Assembly: GCA_965116785.1 (NCBI GenBank)
Contig: OZ220731.1
Location: forward strand, 1,242,977-1,306,976
Direction: 5' to 3'
Length of the DNA: 64,000 bases
From: Dehalococcoidia bacterium
Lineage (GTDB): Bacteria; Chloroflexota; Dehalococcoidia; Lucifugimonadales; UBA3495
The notes below the pieces were generated by a model that was not told the origin of the DNA, did no database searches, and saw only the letters and a program-made list of their open reading frames with translations. This document shows, piece after piece, positions 58,184 through 64,000 of this stretch. How positions within the stretch are numbered: position 1 is the stretch's first letter; every line of letters begins with the position of its first letter. Made by a program: the position numbers and the translations under genes.

Positions 58184-59419
58184 TCACTCCAACGCCCCGG
58201 CGTCAGCCAACTCCCGGTACTCCGCTGCGCTCAACCCCACGATCTCCCGCAGCGCATGCTCCGTGTCCTGACCCAACAGCGGCGCCGGGCGGTCCAGCCG
58301 CCCAGGTGTCAGCGAAAGCTGCACCTCGGTGTAGTCGGTGGCGTAGGGTCCCATTTCGGGGTGGTCAAGCCAGGTGAAGTGCTCTCGGTGGGTCAGCTGC
58401 TCATCCTCGAACAGGTCTCGGGTATCGTTGACTACCCCCGCTGGAACACCCACGGCCTGCAGGCGACGCATCAAATCATGGCGGTCTTGGCTCGCCGTCC
58501 AATCGGCGATGATGCCATCCATCTTGTCCTCGTGAGCCTTGCGTACCCTGAACGTGCGAAACTCACCTGACGTAACATCCGTGAACCCGTCCGCGACAAT
58601 CTCGTCGCGCAGCGCCGACCATTGCTCGTCGTTGAAGGCTGCAATTGCAATCCACCGGTCGGCTTCGCCGTTGGCGTCCGGCGCGCACGGATACGCCCCA
58701 TGGGGGCTCGCCGAAGTGTGGCGGTTGCCCACCAGGCCCGGTTCGCGCCCGTTGACGGCAGCGTCCAGCAGCATCGGCCCGCCGAAGTGCAGGCTGGTTT
58801 CCAGTTGTGACATGTCCAGGTGGGTGCCTTGGCCCGTAGCGCGCTGCCGGTCTACAGCGGCCAGTATTGCGGACACAGCGAACTTCGGACAGACGAAATC
58901 GGTGTACGCGCCATACGGGTTGACGGGCCCGCGGTCCGGCCAGCCGATGATGTTGGTGTATCCGGCCAGCGACGACAGGACCGCGCCGAACCCGGGTTGA
59001 GTTTGCATCGGGCCGCCACGTCCCAGCATCGATGCGCTGAACAACACGATGCGCGGGTTGACCCGGCTCAGCTCATCGTAACCCAGGCCCCAGCGTTCCA
59101 GCGTGCCTGGGGTGAAGTTCTCGGTGACCACATCCGCCCACTCGGCAATGCGCCGGATCAGACTTGGCGCGTCGGGATGGCCCATGTCGATGGACAGGCC
59201 ATATTTGTTGGCGTTGTAGTTTGCAAAATATCCGGAGCGGTTCACCCCAGATTCCCCGCCGGCGAACGGCCCCGCCCGCCGCAATGTCTCCGGCCGCTTG
59301 GCCGACTCTACCCGCAACACCGTCGCGCCGTATTCCGACAGGTATTTCGTGGTCATAGGGCCGACGGCGACCCAACAGAAGTCGAGGACTTTCAAACCCT
59401 CCAGCGGCAAACCGGCCAT
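58184..59419 (-). CDS. Family III (CaiB/BaiF) CoA-transferase
   Basis: LKVLDFCWVAVGPMTTKYLSEYGATVLRVES. Start at ATG 59419. Confidence 0.88.
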   Translation of the reverse strand: MAGLPLEGLKVLDFCWVAVGPMTTKYLSEYGATVLRVESAKRPETLRRAGPFAGGESGVNRSGYFANYNANKYGLSIDMGHPDAPSLIRRIAEWADVVTENFTPGTLERWGLGYDELSRVNPRIVLFSASMLGRGGPMQTQPGFGAVLSSLAGYTNIIGWPDRGPVNPYGAYTDFVCPKFAVSAILAAVDRQRATGQGTHLDMSQLETSLHFGGPMLLDAAVNGREPGLVGNRHTSASPHGAYPCAPDANGEADRWIAIAAFNDEQWSALRDEIVADGFTDVTSGEFRTFRVRKAHEDKMDGIIADWTASQDRHDLMRRLQAVGVPAGVVNDTRDLFEDEQLTHREHFTWLDHPEMGPYATDYTEVQLSLTPGRLDRPAPLLGQDTEHALREIVGLSAAEYRELADAGALE

Positions 59420-59515
59420 ACCGAACACTCCCGAAACATCAGATTGCGTGGATGCACAGGATGAAAGGGATAGCACTATCTCTATCCGGTTCATCCTGTA
59501 TACCCATGCGAATAC

Positions 59516-60787
59516 TCAAACCACGCCCAACTCGGTAAGCCGCGCCAGGTCTCGCTCATTCAGACCCAGTTCCCCTCCGAGAATATCTCCGTTGTGCTCG
59601 CCCAATCGGGGTGCCCGACGCCTCACGCCCACCCGTGAAGGATCTGTGAGGTCCTTCACGAAATGGCCCGGATACCTGAACGTTTCTCCAATGTCGTCGT
59701 GCTCGATCCGGTCGTAATAATCCCGCGCCGCCAGTTGCCGGTGCGCGAGGATGTCGCCTGGCGTCGCCACCGGGAAAAGCAGGATGCGCCGCTCCAGCGC
59801 GCCGTCGGCCAACTCGTTCCTCGTGTGGGTCATGAAGAACGGCGCCACGGCGGCCACCGTCAGTTCCATAATCTCCGCCCGCGCCGTACCGTAGCCCAAC
59901 TCTTCCCAGTTGACCGCGTCCAGCTCTGGACTGCCCATTCCCTCTTCCGTCATCCAGGCGAGCATCGAGCGCACGCTGCGAGCCGCGCCAGCAGTTCCTC
60001 CGCCCGGCTGAAAGTTGACGTAGCCGTCCTTGCACGGCCAATTGATGCGGGTGAACGTCCCGCCCGCCGACTCTCGGTACGCGCCCATACGACGCAGGAT
60101 GGTGTGCTCCAGGTCCCAGTACTGCGGCGCGTGCGCCAGCGTCCGCGCCACCGCCTGCTGGCATGAAACGTCGACGTGCTGACCCTCGCCGGTCAGTTGC
60201 CGGTGCGTGTGGGCAATCATCGCGCCGGCCGCTCCGGCTGCACTGCCGTGCTGGTAAAACTGAGGCATGCTCACCCGCAACGGCGGCCGGTCGCCGTCTC
60301 CGGTCAGGTGCATGAACCCGCCCAGCGCCATGCCCACGATGTCCGACGCCGCATAATCCGCGTACGGCCCATCCTGCCCGAACGCCGTGATGGACACCAT
60401 CACCAACCGGGGGTTCAACTCCCTCAACTCTGCATAACCCAATCCCAACGACGTCATGTGGCCCGGGTCCGCCGACTCGATGACGAACTCGGCCTGCCCC
60501 GCTAGTCGCCGGAACAGCGCCGCGCCGTCCGCAGTGCCGAGGTCCAGGGTGACGCCACGTTTGTTGGCACAATACGACCACCAGAAGAGGCTGCGCTCGG
60601 CTCCCGGTTCATCCTTATAGAAAGGCCCTATCCTGCGGGCCGGGCTGCCACCCGGCGGTTCCACCTGCACCACGTCCGCGCCGAGGTCTGCCAGCATCTT
60701 GCCGCAGAGCAAACCGCGCCCATCGGTCAGATCGAGCACACGGTAGGGAGCCAGGAGGCCCGGCCCGTAGTCACTTCCCTCAGTCAT
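59516..60787 (-). CDS. Family III (CaiB/BaiF) CoA-transferase, second paralog
   Basis: YRVLDLTDGRGLLCGKMLADLGADVVQVEPPGG. Confidence 0.88.
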   Translation of the reverse strand: MTEGSDYGPGLLAPYRVLDLTDGRGLLCGKMLADLGADVVQVEPPGGSPARRIGPFYKDEPGAERSLFWWSYCANKRGVTLDLGTADGAALFRRLAGQAEFVIESADPGHMTSLGLGYAELRELNPRLVMVSITAFGQDGPYADYAASDIVGMALGGFMHLTGDGDRPPLRVSMPQFYQHGSAAGAAGAMIAHTHRQLTGEGQHVDVSCQQAVARTLAHAPQYWDLEHTILRRMGAYRESAGGTFTRINWPCKDGYVNFQPGGGTAGAARSVRSMLAWMTEEGMGSPELDAVNWEELGYGTARAEIMELTVAAVAPFFMTHTRNELADGALERRILLFPVATPGDILAHRQLAARDYYDRIEHDDIGETFRYPGHFVKDLTDPSRVGVRRRAPRLGEHNGDILGGELGLNERDLARLTELGVV

Positions 60788-60856
60788 TGGTTTCTCGATT
60801 TCACTGCTTCAGCGTGCCAAGTGGGTCCCCTTGGCTCTCGGTGCCGGCCACCCCAA

Positions 60857-61411
60857 TCAGCTTTGCGACGCTGCGAGCAACGATGTCGGGGCCGAATCGA
60901 GTATGTCGGCAATCAGGCGAGCGATATCGGGAGGGCTGAACACGGTACCGTTCATCGGCGACGGGTCGCTCCTCCACATATCGTCAAGGCAATTCGCCAG
61001 TACAAACAGGTGCCATTCGGCTTCCTCGGGCAAATCTGCGACGGTGTTGTGCGACAGGAATGCAGCCATGCTGCCCCCATCACGGGACGCGCCCTTCGCC
61101 GCTTGGGCCGCAAACAGAACGCGGTTGCGAATGCGCGGGGCCAGATCGTCACGATCAAAGACGCCGGCCCCGTCTCGCAGACCGTAGCATGCCATCATCA
61201 CCGCGGGCTCGACGTCAACATCGTACTCCGCCACCTCCGCGACCGAATCGGCTAACGGCCAATGGTCCTTGGCCAGGGCATAACCCACGTCCCAGGCATC
61301 CTGTATCTCGTGAACTCCGCCGCCTTGTTTAGGAACACGGTTCCAATCGGAACGACGCAGCCATTCCGACCAGACGCGACGGTTGTGCACGTGGTCGTGT
61401 TCGCTCAACAT
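60857..61411 (-). CDS. Hypothetical protein
   Basis: 184 aa, acidic, with no motif I recognise. The reading frame is consistent with the operon. Confidence 0.5.
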   Translation of the reverse strand: MLSEHDHVHNRRVWSEWLRRSDWNRVPKQGGGVHEIQDAWDVGYALAKDHWPLADSVAEVAEYDVDVEPAVMMACYGLRDGAGVFDRDDLAPRIRNRVLFAAQAAKGASRDGGSMAAFLSHNTVADLPEEAEWHLFVLANCLDDMWRSDPSPMNGTVFSPPDIARLIADILDSAPTSLLAASQS

Positions 61412-61444
61412 TGGCTGGGGTTCCGGATTCGATGCGCGACGGCG

Positions 61445-62380
61445 TCAGAATGTCGCCAGCGGGTTTACCGGAGAGCCCGTGGCGTTGTGCCAGCGCAGCG
61501 GCGCGACAGTGAACATAAAGTCCCACCGGTTCAGTCGGCTACAAACCGGCGCAACCTCGTCGAAATTCGCCGCATCGATCAGCCACAATCCCATGCCGAC
61601 AATCCCAACCTTGTGAATGGGCAACCCAACGTACGGGTATTCGCTGGGCGCGACGTCCCACGATGCGTCGCACGCCGCGATGGACACTCCCCGCTCCCGC
61701 AGCCACGGCAAAGTTTCAGCGTGCAGACCGGGCCTACCCTCGGCCGCGCTTGGCGGGCCGACCGCTTGGCGTCGCTTGTACCAGCCCAGCCGGATGCACA
61801 GCGCGTCGCCTTCCGTCACGCGAACGCCCTGGGCCTCTTCGGCCGCTTCCAGGTCAGCGGTGAAAACCGGTTCCGCCGCGTCCAGCCAGTCCCTGCCCTT
61901 CACGCCCGCGATATCCAGCAGGACGCCGCGCGTAACTACGCCGTTCTTCACCGCGTCAATCGCCCCGGCCCCGGCCTTGTTGGCGTTGTTAACCAGTCCG
62001 GCGTCCATGCCGTTGTACATCTTGCCGTTCCAGAACTGGTGGCACAGGCTGTCCAGGTGCGTGACCGTGAGTCCGTGGAACGACACGCCCAGGAAATCGC
62101 TGGCGCCGCCGCCACCCTCGGAGGGGGCGGATTCGCCGGTGGACACCATGTAGTGCAGCGGCGGGATGCTGGTCACGTCCGGCGCCATCTCGGGCACCAG
62201 CAGCCGCGAACAGGTGACGCTGATTCCCTCTCGCACCAGTCCGGCAGCTTCCTTTCTTTTCGCGTCGGTGATCAGGTTCAACGTGCCCAACTCGTCGTCG
62301 TCGCCCCAACGACCCCAGTTGCTCAGCGAATCGAACCAGCCCAGTACTTGCTCCTCGGTGGGAATGGTCGGTGTGGTCAT
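61445..62380 (-). CDS. Cyclase-family (kynurenine-formamidase-like) metal hydrolase
   Basis: WGRWGDDDELGTLNLIT and H..T.THLDSLCH (the HxGTHxDxPxH-type motif). Confidence 0.8.
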   Translation of the reverse strand: MTTPTIPTEEQVLGWFDSLSNWGRWGDDDELGTLNLITDAKRKEAAGLVREGISVTCSRLLVPEMAPDVTSIPPLHYMVSTGESAPSEGGGGASDFLGVSFHGLTVTHLDSLCHQFWNGKMYNGMDAGLVNNANKAGAGAIDAVKNGVVTRGVLLDIAGVKGRDWLDAAEPVFTADLEAAEEAQGVRVTEGDALCIRLGWYKRRQAVGPPSAAEGRPGLHAETLPWLRERGVSIAACDASWDVAPSEYPYVGLPIHKVGIVGMGLWLIDAANFDEVAPVCSRLNRWDFMFTVAPLRWHNATGSPVNPLATF

Positions 62381-62475
62381 GATGTTCCCTCCGTCAGCGT
62401 AGCCGACAATCGTCCTGACCTTGCGTTCAGGCGATTGTATTGTCGGGCCTGTCCCCGGTCAATCGGGCGGGACAC

Positions 62476-63738
62476 CTATGCTTCGCGTAATCGCCGCGAA
62501 AACAGGCACAGGAAAACCGCCGCGGACCCGGCGATGCCCAGGTACAGCGCGGTCAACGGCGCGCCGATCTGCGTCACCATCCACCCGTTCAGCGCGCTGG
62601 CCGGGAAGTGCGCCTGGATCGCGAGCACGCGCATCCCGCCCATGCGGCCGCGAAACTCCGGATCGGAGTTCCCCATCAGCACCGTCATCACCAGCACCAG
62701 CGAAACGGAGCGACCGATTCCCGTCAGCACCTTGATGCCCAGGGCCACCACCAGCACTGCGGTAAACGGCAGCAATCCGGGTAGCGTCAGGACCGCCACC
62801 GCGAACAGGATCATCGACCCGTGCCACCCGCCGTTCACCGCCCACACGAGCCACCATCCCTGCTGGCGCAGGGTGCCGATGCCGGCCACGACCAGCGCCC
62901 CGATAACCGCGCCCGCGCCCATGGCTCCGTTCAGCAGCCCCAACACCTCCGGCCCGCCCTGAAGCGTTTCCTTGGCAAAGATCGGCATCAGCGCGGTGCT
63001 GAATGGGAAGCCGGTCACGTTGTACATCGCCGCGATCAGCAGCGCCATGAACAGTTCCTTGCGCTGCCACACGTGCCGCAGACCTTCTCCGACCCCGATC
63101 AGGATCTGGCGAGGCGTGGTGCTGCCCGCCGTCGCGTTGCGGGTCCGTACCATCAGCGCCAAGAGGCCGCCGATCACATACATCGCCCCGATGAAGCCGA
63201 ACAAACCTGCGGGAGTCAGAGGTGTGTAGAGGAAGCCGCCGGCAATTGGCCCCACAAACTGCGTGAGGTTTTGACCGAACCCCAGCATAGCCACTGCGTT
63301 GGTGAGCCGCTCGCGGGGCACCGTGTCGATCAGCAGGGCATTGGTTACCGGAAGCTCGATCGTACGAAACGCGCCGCCGCCAAGGATGATGGCAAAGATC
63401 ATCCAGACTTTCAGAGCGTCTGACAGAAGGAGCGCCATCAGCAGGAAAGCCAATGCCGCCGCAATGAAATGACCCGCCGCCATGAGCAGCCGGCGTGGCA
63501 TCCGGTCCACGACCGCTCCGGCGAAGACGGAAAGAAACGCGAGTCCAAGAGCCGATCCGCCGGCCAAACCGACGAGCAGCGGGTCGCCGGTCAACTCCAG
63601 CACCAACCACAGGACGGCGATGATCTCCATCTGCCGGCCGGCCATGGCGATGTTGGCGGACACCCAGACCAGCGAAAAATCGCGCCGCCTGAACGAGCCG
63701 AAGGTCTCGCCTGCACGGGCGCCCAGGAATGTGGCCAA
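62476..63738 (-). CDS. MFS transporter
   Basis: 420 aa with about 12 TM helices and the loop motif GAVVDRMPRRLLM (a D-R-x-x-R-R-like MFS signature). Confidence 0.85.
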   Translation of the reverse strand: MATFLGARAGETFGSFRRRDFSLVWVSANIAMAGRQMEIIAVLWLVLELTGDPLLVGLAGGSALGLAFLSVFAGAVVDRMPRRLLMAAGHFIAAALAFLLMALLLSDALKVWMIFAIILGGGAFRTIELPVTNALLIDTVPRERLTNAVAMLGFGQNLTQFVGPIAGGFLYTPLTPAGLFGFIGAMYVIGGLLALMVRTRNATAGSTTPRQILIGVGEGLRHVWQRKELFMALLIAAMYNVTGFPFSTALMPIFAKETLQGGPEVLGLLNGAMGAGAVIGALVVAGIGTLRQQGWWLVWAVNGGWHGSMILFAVAVLTLPGLLPFTAVLVVALGIKVLTGIGRSVSLVLVMTVLMGNSDPEFRGRMGGMRVLAIQAHFPASALNGWMVTQIGAPLTALYLGIAGSAAVFLCLFSRRLREA

Positions 63739-63886
63739 GTTGCTAGACCCTCCCTCGCGAACCGGCGCCGATTATAGCACCGGGTCGGCGATTCCCTGCC
63801 GTAACACCTTGGCTGACCCGCGATTTCTGCCGGGCGAATTGCTAATGGCGTTGCACGTTACTATCGTGGGACGTTACCATGTTGCT

Positions 63887-64000
63887 ATGCCGCGATTCGC
63901 CAACGATGACACCGAGAATGTGTTCAGCGGCATAACCGCGCGGCATCTGCCTCACGACCTACAACGGCGGGCCAGGATGAGGTTGCAAAGGGTCGTAGCG
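63887..64000 (+). CDS. HigB-like (RelE-superfamily plasmid-maintenance killer) toxin, N-terminal 38 aa only
   Basis: My translation is MPRFANDDTENVFSGITARHLPHDLQRRARMRLQRVVA. This follows the HigB-like N-terminal pattern (F.d...e..f.g.....lP.dl...a.rkL..l.aA). It runs off the window. Confidence 0.45.
   Translation, partial: MPRFANDDTENVFSGITARHLPHDLQRRARMRLQRVVA

Noticed and set aside
61262-62962. 566-aa plus-strand ORF
   Set aside because: It spans the antisense of the orphan, cyclase and MFS genes and the intergenic regions. It has no motifs and Arg/Pro/Ala-rich composition. The minus-strand genes have clear family signatures.

Overview
This is a high-GC (by eye about 60-63%), densely coding bacterial chromosomal window with about 62 supportable CDS. 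I found no rRNA, tRNA, CRISPR array, transposase or integrase. All family assignments come from reading motifs in the supplied translations from memory, and no searches were run.

The housekeeping backbone consists of:
- zur plus a ZnuA-type binding protein
- panC and etfBA
- a globin divergent from a sufB-sufC-X-sufD-sufS-sufU-sufU' operon
- ferritin, DinB and a DUF4377 lipoprotein
- sucCD, pyrG, transaldolase and rho
- dnaG-rpoD, glmU, rph and an M16 peptidase

The accessory content, usually in lower-GC patches, consists of:
- a compact Type II R-M pair (Eco29kI-family GIY-YIG nuclease plus a DPPH amino-methyltransferase) beside a transglutaminase-like gene and a TatD / Tag-like / DUF1802-like operon
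- a PaREP1/HEPN-like ORF with foreign codon usage inserted inside the suf operon
- a hicB-hicA cassette start/stop-coupled to an EndoIII-like gene
- a HigB-like toxin start at the right edge
- a pentapeptide-repeat protein with a TIR-like C-terminal domain
- a stand-alone HAS-barrel-like protein ATGA-coupled to a HerA/DUF87 ATPase
- a sortase-like protein lacking the catalytic His and Cys
- a 1,045-aa cadherin/FN3 surface protein divergent from a two-component system
- a 7.5 kb same-strand catabolic cluster (MFS, cyclase, two family III CoA-transferases, P450) plus LLM oxidoreductase, SDR and hydrolases

Gene content (many LLM, CaiB, P450 and hydrolase genes, and PT-rich linkers) suggests Chloroflexota, possibly SAR202-like. 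That is only an inference.

The best candidates for something undescribed are the HAS-barrel+HerA pair, the pentapeptide-TIR gene, the HEPN-like insertion in suf, the TatD/Tag/DUF1802 operon next to the R-M pair, and a CAGGAT(T) motif array in a convergent intergenic region.
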